This document shows, piece by piece, positions 12,979 to 27,934 of a DNA stretch of 64,000 bases. The position numbers and the translations under genes were made by a program. A model generated the notes under the pieces. That model was not told the origin of the DNA. It was given only the letters and a program-made list of their open reading frames with translations, and did not search any database. The stretch is from Octopus vulgaris (taxonomy: Eukaryota). The stretch lies in contig OX597829.1 in the NCBI GenBank assembly GCA_951406725.2, forward strand, positions 35,030,001 to 35,094,000. Direction: 5' to 3'. Numbering within the stretch: the stretch's first letter is position 1; the number at the start of each line of letters is the position of its first letter.

Positions 12979-15202
12979 ATGTCGAGAAATTTTATTGTAG
13001 AACGCTGGTCGCGTTCCTTTATGGACCAGCATTTTCCTAGTTTGGAAACGCTAGGAGGAAAAAAGAACGTACGCACGCAAAGTGCAAACATGAATAACGG
13101 TCGAATGAACGCTGCAACCACGTGCGGTAACAGACCTGTCACCACCACCACCACCACTAACAACAACAACCACGAGACTACTACTGCTACCACCACCGCC
13201 TCCACCACCACCACCACCACCGCCACCTCATCCACTACCTCAACTACCAACAACAACAACAATAACAATGACAACAAGAATAATAACATTTGCGCCACCA
13301 TTTCGACATCTGCTGCCACGGCTGTCTCTTCTGCCACTGACACTACCGCCAACAACAAAAACAACAATAACAACAACAACAATCCCGTTCAGACCTTGTC
13401 TCCTCAAAGAACAAGAACTGAAGGGAATAAACAAAAGACTGTGACCACCAAACAAATTGACAAAAGCTGCTTGAATACAGGGATAAACTATGTAAGTAAT
13501 TTCCACCCCTTCCTACTTGCACAATCAAACCAAATACACCGATTTTACCAACTGCAGCCAACAACAACATCATCACCAGCAACAACAATAACAAAACAAC
13601 AACAAATTTCGCCGAGGCGATAAAAGAAAAAAAGACAACAGTATATTTTACTGCACAACAAATAAAAGACACGAACATTTTAGTAACAGAAGTAGATGGT
13701 ATAGTAAAAATAAACATACCACAAGAAATATTAGAAGATGAAAAAAAAAGAACAATTATTTATAAAATAATTAATAAGAAAACAAAAAGTCCAGAGAAGG
13801 CTAACACAAGCAAAATCGAAAAATGCTTGAAACCCATCTGGAACTACAAAGAGTATGTGACCTGGTGGAACAAGTTCGCACACATACAAGTGGTATTCCA
13901 CACTGAGGAGTTAGCAAGACGTTTCTCAACGCTAACTCTTCATTCAGATGAACTTCAACTAACACCAAGCTATCGTGGACATAAAGTGACTAAGATCACT
14001 TTAAACAATGTCCCCAAAATAGCTAACAATCTATGGCTAGTAAAGGCCTTATGTGTGAAAATGGAAGATTTCACAATTTTAGAAACCACGGTCACGGAGC
14101 ACAAAAACTGGGTGGGAAAAAAAGTAGAATTTCTACTACATATAAACCAAGAGGACATAAAGAAAATACCCACCCAGATATGTGTATCAGAAGACCACAA
14201 GTTGTATGTGGTCATCGATGGCAGAAGACCACGTTGCTACATATGCGGCAGTGAGCAACACCTAAAAAAAGATTGCAAATCTGCCGCAAGAAAACAACAG
14301 CAACAACAACAGCAGCCGGAAAAAAAAATAAACCAGCTTTACTACCCACACCACGTTTTGCACGAACAGGACTAATCACAGAAAATCAACAAAAAACAAA
14401 CCTCACCAACCAAACAACCACACCAACTGCACCAAGAACAGAATCAACACCACCAACAACAACAATCAAGAATAAACCAACTCCCAAACCAAGGACATCT
14501 GCCAAAAAGACACTCATCGAAAATGAAGAAACAATTACTACTCCAAATCCCCACAAAATTGACACCCCAAACAACACAACAATACCTACAATCACTCAAA
14601 CACAAAATACCCACACCCCACCTCCAAAACCGCATACACCACAACCAAACGCTCACCAACCAACACCAACAACAAAATCAACACAGTCTACAATAGACCC
14701 CAATATTTTCCCTCTTCCAAGCTCTGATTCTTCTGATTTGTCATTAGACGAAGAAGACACAGAAGATTGGCAAATAGCCACAGGGGGGAGAAGAAAAAGG
14801 GGAAAAAAAAGAGAAGAAAAGATAACAAACAAAGCAGGAAGATTCACCACTCCCGAAACAAAAACATCCACAGAAAACAAACACATCAACACAAACACAC
14901 CATCATCAAGCCCCCCAACAATGTTAACAGCCATAAACACAAACAACCACGACCTAATGGAACACATTAGGTCAAACACCAACATAACTGAAAACGACAT
15001 AAAAACAAGTAACCACCCACGCACAACACCACCACAACACATTAAAATAATACACGTAACACAGAACACATACAGCACCCTGAAATCTCTTTACCGTGAT
15101 GCAGTAGGGAGATTTCAAAAGTACTCATCAAAGAACCTATACAAAAACCTCATGGAAGAAGACTGTGAGGTGAAAAACAAAGGACTTTCGAACAACAAGT
15201 AA
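12979..15202 (+). pseudogene. Tx1-like ORF1 (gag-like nucleic-acid-binding protein), two frameshifts (~13498 and the A-run at ~14325)
   Basis: Joins ORFs 12979, 13827 (frame open from ~13500) and 14273. Zinc knuckle CYICGSEQHLKKDC follows VVIDGRRPR. Thr/Asn/Pro-rich termini. Confidence 0.85.
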
Positions 15203-15268
15203 CCTTTTCTCTCTCTCTTTCCTTTTCTGCACTTTCTTTTCGTGTGTAAAACACAATTTTATCGGAAC

Positions 15269-18200
15269 ATGCTCAGAATAGGCAGTATAAATGTACGTGG
15301 CTTGGGGTCGCCTTGGAAACAAGGCTACCTGTTAAATGACATCAAGTCACTAAATCTGAATATCATAGCCATCAGTGAGACCAGACTCCACAGCTTGGGG
15401 GCACTCCAGCACAGTTTCGGTACACATTTCAACGTTTATTTTTCTCCGTGTCTACCGAGAATGGGCGGAGGTGGCACCGCGGTGCTTCTCCGGAAGAGTC
15501 TGGATCTCAAAGTAAGAGCAATTTTCCTAGGCTGGTCGTTTTGGATGTCGATGGCAGCAATGAGTGTGCTTTTCGACTGATAGCAGTTTATGCTCCGTCC
15601 TTAACAGGCCGACCAGATTTCTTTCGACGTCTAGAGTCTTTCATGGGAACGTCTCGTCCTTTACTTTTAGTGGGGGATTGGAATGCCACCCTGGACACGC
15701 ATCTAGACTACGTGGGCAGAGATAGCAATAGAAGGGGATGCAAATGCCTCAAAGACCTGCTCAGACGTTTCCAACTGTCTGACAGGTACCGACTGGACCA
15801 CCCGAATGTGCCAATGTGGACATGGAGTAACCGCATCGGGTCGTCCAGATCATACTTAGATAGAGTATTCTGTAGGACAAAAGATAAAAATAGTGTAGGT
15901 TGTCCACAATTTCATATAGTCATTTACACAGATCACAAGTTTGTGACTTGTACACTTGACTTAGATAAGACACATAGGCAGGGTCTTGGTTACTGGAAAC
16001 TGAACGCGTCTTTTACAGCACGACAGGTTTACAGGGACTGGATCAGCACATTAGTTAAGAGAGCTTTGACGGGTACCACCATCAACAACAGATGGTGGTA
16101 TGCCCTAAAAAAGCAATTAAAGCAGAATCAGTCAGATACAGTAAAGCCCTAGCATTAGACCGAAATAGGATAGAGGGAGAATTAGTTAAGGTTTTAGAAG
16201 AGGCACTTAGAACTGGCATCGCGTCCAACGTGCTGGCGGCGAGATTGGCCCTCGACCAACACCTCAACGTCAAACACGAGGGATGCGTTGTCAGAGCTAG
16301 GATGCGTGCTCTGAGGAACGAAGGAGTTGGAGCCGCCCAAGAGGCCCGAGTGGTGGAGACGCAACGAGGCAACAGAGCCACCATCAAGTCTCTTATAGAT
16401 GAACAGGGGCGCGAATTGCTCGAGTCTAAAAGGATGTGTGGGGCTTTTCAACAACACTTCACCCAACTGTTTGGGACAAGTGGTGGGTCAGAACGCAGAG
16501 TGGACTTTAGTGCCTACCTGCATGCCTTGCCACGACTCTCAGCAAGAGAGGTGGAGTCTTGTGAAAGGCCTATCACAGCTGCGGACGTACAGGATGCGAT
16601 GGTAGGCTGCGCGAGAGACAAGTCACCAGGCTTGGATGGTCTGCCCTACGAATTTATTTTCATATGCCAGACTTGTTTGGAGGCGTCTTGGCAGCTGTCT
16701 ACTGCAACTGGCAGCAAAACGGGAGTATTCCTGCTTTTGTAAAGCGAGGAGCAGTGGCACTGATTAAGAAAGACCCAAACAAGGGGGACGTCATAGATAA
16801 TTTCAGGCCCATCACTCTGCTCAACGCAGATTTGAAAATTTTGGCCAAGGTGTTAGCCGAGAGGTTGGCGCTTGTCATCAAGAAACTAATCGACAAGGCG
16901 CAAACATGCGCCGTGCCGGGTAGAAGTATTCATGACAACCTCCATCTGATGCGCTACATCATAGACAGGGTAGTTAAGAATCCTGGCATGGGTGGGGCGC
17001 TGATCAATTTGGATCAATCAAAAGCTTTCGATAGGGTAGACCATCACTACTTGGAGGCTGTCCTTAAAGCGGCTGGTTTCGGTCCAGTTTTCGGGGTTGG
17101 ATCGCTGCCTTATACAGCGGCATCCGCTCAGTAGTTCGCGTAAATGGTCATCTATCCAGACCTTTTAACATCATGCGTTCGGTTCGTCAGGGATGCGCTC
17201 TCTCATCGCTGCTGTATGTATTGACTCTTGAGCCACTACTGCGGAAACTGGCGACGCTGAGGGGCATCCCACGAGAGCTGGGATGCGGGAGGAGCGTGTC
17301 TGCATACGCGGATGACGTCACCGTCATAGTGTCGAGCTACCAGCACATCGAGCTGGTCGGCGAGACACTAAAAGAATACGAAGCGGTAACGGGAGCAAAA
17401 ATGAACCGGGAAAAGTCAGTGGGCTTGCGGCTCGGCACCTGGAGAAGCAGGCCCATGCCGTCCAACAGCGTCTCCATCGTGGGACGCTGGACGGACGGAC
17501 CGGTTAAATTGCTCGGGGTCTGGTTCGGTCCGGACCTCCAAATTGAGAAGAACTGGAGCGAAATAACGACTAGGGTGGCTACTCTCACCCAGAAATGGGC
17601 TGAGAGAAAGCTATCCCTAAAAGGTCGGGCGGAGGTGGCGAACGCGTACATCGCATCAGTCATCGAGTATCGTCTGACCGTCGTGCCTTGTTCCGACCCT
17701 ACCATCACCAAACTGGAACGTATACTCTTCCGCTTCTTGTGGAAGGGAAACGTTCCGATGGTTAGGCGATCCATTTGCTATCAGCACCCGCTAAATGGAG
17801 GGCTGGGCATGCCGTGGTTGATGATGCGCAGACATGCGCTGAGACTGCGACATCTCCGGCGCTTCATAGACAACGGTGAACAGGTGTGGTCGCCTTTTGT
17901 GCGGCGCGCTTTCCCGCAGCTCGTCTCCTTGGACGAACTACAGTCATGGATCAAGCAGAGACCGAGGCTAGGCAAATGGCACCGCGAGTGTCGCGTTGCT
18001 CTCAAGCAACTCTGCCGTCCGGGATCGAACTTGTGCGACTCCATCACAACAAAGGCATTCTATAGAGGATTAGTGGAGGGGAGGTGCGACGACGAACTCG
18101 GGCAGAGTCTGGGCGTCGACGATGAACACCTGACCCGCCTGTTCAGGACAACTTTCGGGCCGGGACCTATGAACAATCACCAAAGATCCCTGGCCTGGCA

Positions 18201-18689
18201 GTGCTATCGAGAAGCATTACGTGTCCGGGATAAGCTCTACAGACACGGTTCCAGACACACTGGACCGACTTGCCCGAGATGCGGTCAGAGCGACGAAACC
18301 GTTCTGCACGCACTCGTGCAATGTCCAACCATTTCAGACCTGTGGGCTTATGCCGAACGGCTGCTGTCACGTGTGGGACGGATCCGCCTATCGGCCGAGT
18401 CTATCGTGAGAATTGTTCCGCCCCCTTCCCTCAACCGGGAAGGCAAGGCAGTTTTCATCGTACTGGTGGCCATGGTGAAAGAATGTGTGTGGTGGACCCG
18501 AGCGAAAGGATTAGAGACAAACACTTACCTCTCTGGCCAATCGCTCATCAACTTTTTCAAGTACCACTTGAAAAGGAAGGTGAGAATGGAGAGGGAAGTT
18601 TTGTCTCGCGAAAGATTCAAAAAAGATGGGTGAATGTTGCAAAGATGGTGCGTGCGAGTGACGAAACCATTTTGAGCATGATCCTGTAG
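15269..18689 (+). pseudogene. Tx1-like ORF2 (AP endonuclease, reverse transcriptase, zinc motif), about five frameshifts
   Basis: SINVRGL, ISETRL, VYAPS, GDWNA, SYLDRVF, TDHK (APE); KSPGLDGLP, FRPITLLNADLKILAK, LDQSKAFDRVDH, VRQGCALS, AYADDV (RT); CPRCGQSDETVLHALVQCP. Confidence 0.93.
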
Positions 18690-19294
18690 ATCGTAAAAAA
18701 GAAAGAAAGAGAGCATTTTGATCTCATGTGGTTATTTCCTCCCTGACTGAGGTTCACGTGGTCTTTTCTGTAGGCTTTTCTTCCCACGGATGAACCCAAT
18801 CTTGTTTTATCAATGTTTTTATCATTATTTCTGTGATACACGATTTCTTTTCTTCTTTTTTTCCTCCTTTCGATCCCTTTTGATCGCAATCTTACATTTA
18901 TTTTCTTTTTTTTTCCACCCTCGAAAAGAAAAGCTCTGCATTTGTATTTGTCCCCTCTGTATTCAGCCCTGTGTGGCTAATAAAAGAAAGTTATCTGGCT
19001 TGCCAGCTACCTGCCTGTCTGGCTAAAAGTAAAGGGGTGTTTCAATAGACGTTAATCAAAACCTCCCGCTGCAAATATCAATATATGTAATGGGGTTTAG
19101 TAAATGGGCAAAGTGAACAATGTTTGAAATTGTGATATAGGTATATGATTAACACGTTAATAAATGAATATATGCATGCAAAAGGCAACAGTTGAAATAA
19201 AATAGAGATAAAAATGTCTAATAAATAACTTGTAATCGTATGTGTGCGTACGTGAGTGAGAGGGAAAGGGAGGGGGATAGAGGGTCAGAGAGTA

Positions 19295-19825
<531 letters not shown>

Positions 19826-21448
19826 GACAGATAGATCGATCGACATAAGTGCAGATATATGTCTACATGGACACTGTCGGTCAATATTGGTGTCAGCTGA
19901 GAGTTGAAGTCATTTTGTACTGTCTAGCTTGTCACAATTTCAACGTGATATGAATTTGGCAAGAATTCAAGAGAATTCAAGAGTCTTGCTAACTGTCTCT
20001 AGTTAGGCTGGCCTAATTGATTAGGCTGTCTGAAAGTTGGTTAGATAGGCATATTGTCGTCGATTCTGCCTGCCAGATTTTGTTTTGCAAATAGAAGGTT
20101 GCAACACAGCAAGTAGATATTCGAGCTTACACACACGCGCACACAAGCTTGTGTGCAGACACAATGGCACACACATAGACACATGTGCACATTCGCACAA
20201 CACACACACACACACACATCCAAACATTACATACATACACACACAAAAACACAAATGCATAAAAACACACACACATATACAGAAATACTGAGCATGCGTA
20301 TAAATGTGCTTGTATCAATCATATGGATACTCTTTCTGACACATACAGAAAACACACAACAAACACACAAAAGAAGAAAAAAGAAACAGTTACATGTGTT
20401 TGCCAACGTTCGTATGTCTGTATATATATATTTATTCAAATACATACACACGTCTTTATACACGCACACATGTACATGCGTCTGCGTATTTGTGCGTTTG
20501 TGAGAGTGTGTGCGTGCGTGCGTGCGTGTGTGTGTGTGTGCGTGTGTGCGTGTGTGTGTGTGTGTGTGTGTTTGTGTATGAAGAAAGAACGAGAAGAAGA
20601 GGAGAGAGAGATAACTCAGAAAGACGCATGTCCGAAGTATACATATGTGTGTGTGTGTGTGCATGTGCGCATGCGCGAGTGTGTATCTGTCTCTCTCTCA
20701 ATGCATACACACACACACACACACACACATACACGCATACACATGTATAAATGTTTTTGTGAGTGTAGGACATACTCAGAGAAACCACATCTCTTTCAAA
20801 TTACACGAACTCACACACACACACACACACAGATATACACACACACACATGTGCGCGCATATACACACAGACACTCACATTCTCTCTCTGTCCCTCTCAC
20901 ATACACACACACACACACTCTCTCTCTCACGCACGTTTTCTCTCATACACACTCTTCCATTCTCTCTCTCTCTCCCCTTTCTTTCTCTCTCTGTCTGTCT
21001 CTCTCTTTTTCTCTCTCTCTCACACACATAGACACACACGGTGAAAAAGAGATATTTGCAGACAGATCCATGAACTAACATCTACGGCAGACATGGATAA
21101 TGTACGCATATTTTCGTGAAAATTCGTTCACAATTATTTATCTTGCATACGTTCATTGTCGATCACGGATATTTTTCTTGCAAACAGGATATTCAGTATA
21201 TCCCATGAGCAATGTGAACAATGCTATCAGTAGCATTGAGAGTTCAGCTATTTCATGGATAGGAAAGCCAAGACAAATTGAAGTAAAACAACTACTTCCA
21301 TCAATGTTCCAACAGTTTTAGTGTTATTCTACTATTTCCTTCTTTCTTTTCTCTACTGACCAGACCAATATTAACATACATTTGGAATAGAATAGGATAC
21401 CAGAAGATTAAATGATAAAACGATAGTGAAAGTGGAAAGGGGTTTTAG

Positions 21449-21484
<36 letters not shown>

Positions 21485-21658
21485 GTCTTTCTAGAAGGAA
21501 TACTGAGATGTAGAAACTAACAGACTATGAAATAATAAATGATTAAGAAAACCAATCGGAAGGTTCTACCTACCTACCTACCCACCTACCTGCCTGCCTC
21601 TCTGTCTGCCTGCCTGCCTGTCTGTCTGTCTGTTTATCTATCTATCTATCTATCTATC

Positions 21659-21738
21659 TTTTTTTCATCCCCCAAAAGAAAAGCTCTACCTTGTAACTTG
21701 TCCCATCAGTGTGCAGCCCTGTGTGGCCAATAAAGAAA
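21659..21738 (+). mobile_element. 80-bp 3'-terminal fragment of the Tx1 family embedded in (TATC)n
   Basis: aaaagaaaagctct..ttgta..tgtccc..tgt..cagccctgtgtggccaataaagaaa matches 18925-18989. (TATC)n on both sides. Confidence 0.85.
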
Positions 21739-21739
21739 C

Positions 21740-21819
<80 letters not shown>

Positions 21820-21893
21820 GTAACAACCCATCTGTCAGTCAGCCTGCTTGTCTGTCTGTCTGTCCATCCAAAACCAAACACCCACTCTCCCAA

Positions 21894-22313
21894 CCGTCCG
21901 TCCGTCCGTCCGTCCGTCCGTCCGTCCGTCCGTCCGTCCGTCCGTCCAAATGTCCTTCCCCTCTTTCTTTCCCTTTTCCTCTCCATCCCCTCTCCCTTTC
22001 CATCCTCCCCTCTCTCTCCCGCTTTCTCATCCTCTCCCTCCTGCTTTCTCTTCCTCTCCCGCCCTCACTCCTTCTTCCAGCCCTCTCCCTCTCTACGTCC
22101 CTCTTTTCCCCTCTCCGTCCCCTTCTCCAACCCCTTCTCCCTCTCCCTCTATGTATGTATGTATGTATGTATGTATGTATGTATGTATGTATGTATGTAT
22201 GCATGCATGCATGCTTGTATGTATGTATGTATGTATGTATGTATGTATGTATGTATGTATGCATGCATGCAAGTATGTATGTATATATGTATGTATGTAT
22301 GTAGGTATGTATG

Positions 22314-22347
<34 letters not shown>

Positions 22348-22349
22348 TG

Positions 22350-22380
<31 letters not shown>

Positions 22381-22535
22381 TGTATGTATGTATGTATGTA
22401 TGTATGTATGTATGTATGTATATATGTATGTATGTATGTATGTAATGTATGTATGTATGTATGTATGTATGTATGTATGCACACATGCATGCATGCATGT
22501 ATGTATGTATGCATGCATGTATGTATGTATGTATA

Positions 22536-22568
<33 letters not shown>

Positions 22569-22662
22569 ATATGTATGTATGTATATATGTATGTATGTAT
22601 ATATGTATGTATGTATATATGTATGTATGTAGATATGTATGTATGCATGTATGTATGTATGT
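21894..22662 (+). repeat. (TCCG)n, CT-rich and (TATG)n simple repeats
   Basis: Direct read. Explains the long MYVC/HTYI ORFs. Confidence 0.95.
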
Positions 22663-22828
22663 ATTCCTCTACATGCGATGGTATATGTGAACATGTATTT
22701 ATATAGGTAAATCTACGTAACCAATGGAACTTGTACTTACACATACAAAGATCCACGTATATACATACTTTACACACACACACACACACACATATATGTA
22801 TATGCAATATATATATTTATATATATAT

Positions 22829-22950
22829 AGGCGCAGGAGTGGTTATGTGGTAAGAAGCTTGCTTCCCATCCACATAATTACGGGAAGTGTCTTCTACTAT
22901 AGCGTTGGACCGACTAAAGCCTTGTGAGTGAATTTGGTAGACGGAAACTA
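22829..22950 (+). mobile_element. SINE family A, 5' fragment
   Basis: ggcgcaggagtggttatgtggtaagaagcttgct...ccttgtgagtgaatttggtagacggaaac. Confidence 0.8.
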
Positions 22951-23153
22951 TATATATATATACCACCAAAGTAAGTTAGGGGTTGTGGATCCAACCCACT
23001 AAGGGATAATACTTATCCAATATACTGTTGGTATAATACCCAAATTATTAATACACAAGTGTTTTTAATTGCAATGCAATTAACTTATTGTATTTAATGG
23101 GTGAAGGTAAAGAAATGTTTTACCATTAAATTGTTTCTCCATTTTCTTACTTG

Positions 23154-23930
<777 letters not shown>

Positions 23931-23999
23931 ACCAAAAACCTGAGTAAAGACATAAAAAATAATATTAGCTTATGCTTGATACTTTTTTTTATATGTGCC

Positions 24000-24618
24000 T
24001 ACCTCTCAAGCAGGTCCGACGCACACCTCCAGAATTGGAAAGATCTTCGCTCGGAATGTCAGAGCAGACTTAGGCAGATTCAGAACACTTGGTGGAAGAA
24101 CAAAGCTGCAGAAATTCAACGTTTGTGGATGAAAATAAGACCCACGAGTTCTACACTGCAACCAAAAACATGTACGGTCCGTCCTCCAATCATAACAATC
24201 CGATACGATCTTCAGGCGGCAACACTCTCTACAATGAAAAGATCCAGATCCGTGACAGATGGGCAGAACACATCAACTCCTTGTTGAACAAGATAAATCC
24301 TACGGACACCACACTGATTGATGAGCTCCCTCATCTTCCTCCTCCCTCTGAGCTGGATACGGAACCCTCCCTCGTGGAAATCCATACAGCTCTCTCCTAC
24401 TTAAACAACAGGAAATCACCAGGTGTGTGTCGGGGGAGATTTATAAATATGGTGGTCCTGCTCTAGTCCAGCGTCTTCATCAGATTATCCTCTACCGTTG
24501 GAAAAGTGTCTTGATCCCTCAACGCTGGAAACACGCAGACATAATAACCATCTTCAAGAAGAAGGGAGATCGCTCAGACTGCAACAACAGCAGGGGTATT
24601 TCACTCCTGGGTGTTGCC
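24000..24618 (+). mobile_element. RTE-clade LINE fragment (linker and start of RT)
   Basis: QNTWWKNKAAEIQ, DRWAEHINSLLN, KSPG, WKHADIITIFKKKGDRSDCNNSRGISLL. Confidence 0.85.
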
Positions 24619-25835
24619 AGGCGGTATTGTCACACCCACCACGGGAGTTGAAGTCACCCATGAGTACGATCTTGTCTGATCGGGGGATGTTCCGAAACGC
24701 AGTAGGCAGAGAATCATAGAAGGTATCCTTTATCTCTTCATCAGAGTCGAGAGCTGGTCCTTAAACGCTGAGAATTTTCAGAAAACGTTTGTTCGAAAGT
24801 GGGATTTTGATTGATTGTCATCAGGCGCTCGCTGATACACGATGGTACTCCAGGAATTTTCTGCAATAAGCTGTTCTTGAATTTGAAATAAACCCCATGC
24901 AAATGGGACAGCCCAGAGGGATGTCCTTTCAAGAAGGTGTATCCACCAGCTTCTTCAGTGAGGGAACCCTCATTGGAGAAACGAGTCTCACTGAGTGCAG
25001 CAATGTCGACATTGTAGCGCTTGAGATCGGTGGTTATAATAGCAGTGCGTCGTGGGGGTCGTCGACTGTTCGGCTCATCATGTGAAACGTCATCAAGGCG
25101 GGTGCGAACATTCCAGCATGCAAGGATGAGGTTCGAGGGTTTCTTTGTCTTTTTCAATTTTGATGCTTGGTTTAGACCGCATGTTTGGGGATGACTCACT
25201 GGGAGCGGTTACCCAGTCGAGCAAGTGAGAACGAGCCTTTTCTGGGCCACATTTTCTAGGTCTTTCCCATGTGAAAAGTGTCGTCTGGACGCACAAGCAG
25301 GACCGAGGTAGATGTTCGTCTACGTGTCTATCCAACAACGACCAACTTACTTATGCCACCTACGTGCGGAACTCCGACTAGATGCTTCCAACTTCATCCT
25401 AGTCTGCCCCCGTCGCCAGATGATCCCATCGCTGCAGGACTTGCAGAGAGGATGAAAGAAAATGAAGGATAAAAAGCGAAGCTTGTGCTGTGAAAAGATT
25501 AAGGCGCCGGAGAAGATGCACAGTTCTCAGCTGCATGTAGTTGACAGAAGGCGAGGGGTTTTCAATATCAAGAAGAGTCTCGAGACGATTGATGCTTGTC
25601 TTCTGTTGCAACGAGCTGCCGGAGTTAGTGGATAAGATCCTATGCTCCGCCTTGGGACTAGCCCGTCTGATCCCGTTCGCAGGTAGCAATCTTCCAGAAC
25701 TCCAGTTTGTCGTAGTCCGCCTTTATAGTTAGCTTGCATGGCATCACCCTCATCCACCTTCACTAGGAACAGAGCCGCCGTTGGGGACTCGCAATACCAG
25801 AGCCTCCTTAACCACTTGTTCAGGATTCGGGCTCT
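24614..25835 (-). mobile_element. RTE-clade LINE 5' UTR and AP endonuclease N-half, inverted relative to the adjacent fragment
   Basis: LACWNVRT, RRTAIITTDLKRYNVDIAALSETRF, SERLMT, IVLMGDFNSR. Confidence 0.85.
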
Positions 25836-25861
25836 AAATATATATATATATAAAAGTAAAA

Positions 25862-25903
<42 letters not shown>

Positions 25904-25904
25904 A

Positions 25905-26130
25905 TCCAAACAAGAAAACACAGAAAAAAAGAGAAAAAAAAGAGAAAATAAACACAGCAACGTAGGACGTGGAACAATTAAAGTATTATTGACGCTCAGG
26001 AAAGAAGGGAAGGAGGGTTTAACGTTTCGAGCGGAGCTCTTCGTTGGAAACAAGGAGAAGGAAAGATCCCAAGGAGGGAAGACAGAGGAGAAAATATTTG
26101 AGCTGGTGGTGCTTAAGAGATCACGAGAGA
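25905..26130 (-). mobile_element. Short repeat carrying a decayed minimal hammerhead motif (26018-26050)
   Basis: Minus strand ttt-ccaacga-a-GAGC-tcc-GCTC-GAAA-cgt-TA-aa. Flanked by (TA)-rich tracts. Confidence 0.45.
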
Positions 26131-26319
26131 GTAAAATATACATATATACATATAAAAAAGGTATTTACATATTTACAGACATTTAGTTGGATGGTCGTTG
26201 ACTGTTCAGGAGTTTATCTGCCCTTTGACAGGTCTTATTTTTCATTCCACATAACAACACCATCCTCACCAAGCAAGCCTGGTGGGGTTGCCAGTTTAGT
26301 CGCCGACGACCCGACCATG

Positions 26320-26498
26320 CGACAGGTTGTACTGGATTATCAGTACCTATTTCTTTATTACCCACAAGGGGCTAAACATAGAGGGGACAAACATGGACAG
26401 ACATAGGTATTAAGTCGATTATATCGACCCCAGTGCTTAACTGGTACTTAATTTATCGACCTCGAAAGGATGAAAGGCAAAGTCGACCTCGGCGGAAT
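26320..26498 (-). mobile_element. SINE family B fragment with Nin/Deu-type conserved domain
   Basis: Minus ccgccgaggtcgactttgcctttcatcctttcgaggtcgataaattaagtaccagtt. Related copies at 36891-37070 and 53144-53340. Confidence 0.75.
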
Positions 26499-26587
26499 AC
26501 TCAAGAGCGAACCCATACAAATACACAAACACAGACACATGAAACTTCATGAACGGCCATAACAATGTCAACAAAAACTAACACGGT

Positions 26588-26618
<31 letters not shown>

Positions 26619-27067
26619 GGTGCCAACGATAGCAATAACAACAGCAATAAGTACATCATGGGAGACATCATGGGAGAGCATACATACGCAGAGGAATACC
26701 GCACTGTGGGGTTGAGGGGAAGGCCTCGCTGCTGCTAAAAACTATGACATGCGCACAAGCATACACACACATATACACACACGCATACATACACACACAA
26801 ACTAGGACAAAAAACGAATGCGCACATAAGGATACACATCTTAGAAAAACAGAATGGAGTAAGTAGAGCAAGAACACACACGAAAACGAGAATTGCCGCT
26901 GAAGAGGCCACAGAGGTGTGACGAAAGATTTCCAGACAATGGACATGAGTTAAAATAATAAAATAAGAACAGTAATAAACGAGTGAAGAAAAATTATATA
27001 TAATGCGTGTATTTATTTGGCAAAAAAAATGACCATATATTATATATGTTATATATATTATATGTCA

Positions 27068-27472
27068 TACTCTTTACTCTTTACTCTCTTTTACTTGTTT
27101 CAGTCATTTGACTGCGGCCATGCTGGAGCACCGCCTTTAGTCGAGCAAATCAACCCCGGGACTTATTCTTTGTAAGCCCAGTACTTATTCTATCTACTTT
27201 TGCCGAACCGCTAAGTGACGGGGACGTAAACACACCAGCATCGGTTGTCAAGCAATGCTAGGGGGACAAATACAGACACACAAACACACACACATATATA
27301 TATATACATACATACGACAGGCTTCCTTCAGTTTCCGTCTACCAAATCCACTCACAAGGCATTGGTCGGCCCGAGGCTATAGTAGAAGACACTTGCCCAA
27401 GATGCCACGCAGTGGGACTGAACCCGGAACCATGTGGTTGGTTAGCAAGCTACTTACCACACAGCCACTCCT
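27068..27472 (-). mobile_element. SINE family A, near full length
   Basis: Near-identical to 3056-3459. Confidence 0.9.
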
Positions 27473-27482
27473 ATTATATACT

Positions 27483-27518
<36 letters not shown>

Positions 27519-27568
27519 CATATATAGAAAATATATATCATATAGCTTATATATATATATATATACTA

Positions 27569-27690
<122 letters not shown>

Positions 27691-27934
27691 TAGAGGATTG
27701 AGATAACTCCTCCAGTAGGTATACAGAGGCAAAAAAAAAGAAAGAAGAGTGCTATTGTTATCAAGTGAACGATATTTTAGCATCTATCGTGCCTTCCACA
27801 TGTTCATAAAATAAACTTGTCAATCTACTTCATTTTTGGTTTAATAATGATGATGATGATGATGATAATGATGATGACGATGATGAGGACGACGACGACG
27901 ACGACCCTGAATATCACTTTGATGGCATGCGCCA

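Larger units (their letters stand above)
12778..18989 (+). mobile_element. Near full-length Tx1/L1-clade non-LTR retrotransposon (~6.2 kb)
   Basis: ~200-bp 5' UTR, ORF1, ORF2 (APE-RT-Cys motif), ~300-bp T-rich 3' UTR ending cagccctgtgtggctaataaaagaaa. Confidence 0.93.

Noticed and set aside
20021-22807. Long ORFs (up to 322 aa) of HT/CV/MYVC/YLSI repeats
   Set aside because: Stop-free translations of di- and tetranucleotide microsatellites, not genes. The same applies to similar ORFs across the window.
22960-23150. ggatccaacccactaaggg, similar to ggatccacccttaaggg in the retrozyme unit
   Set aside because: The match is too short and no hammerhead is present. Possibly a distant pLTR end.
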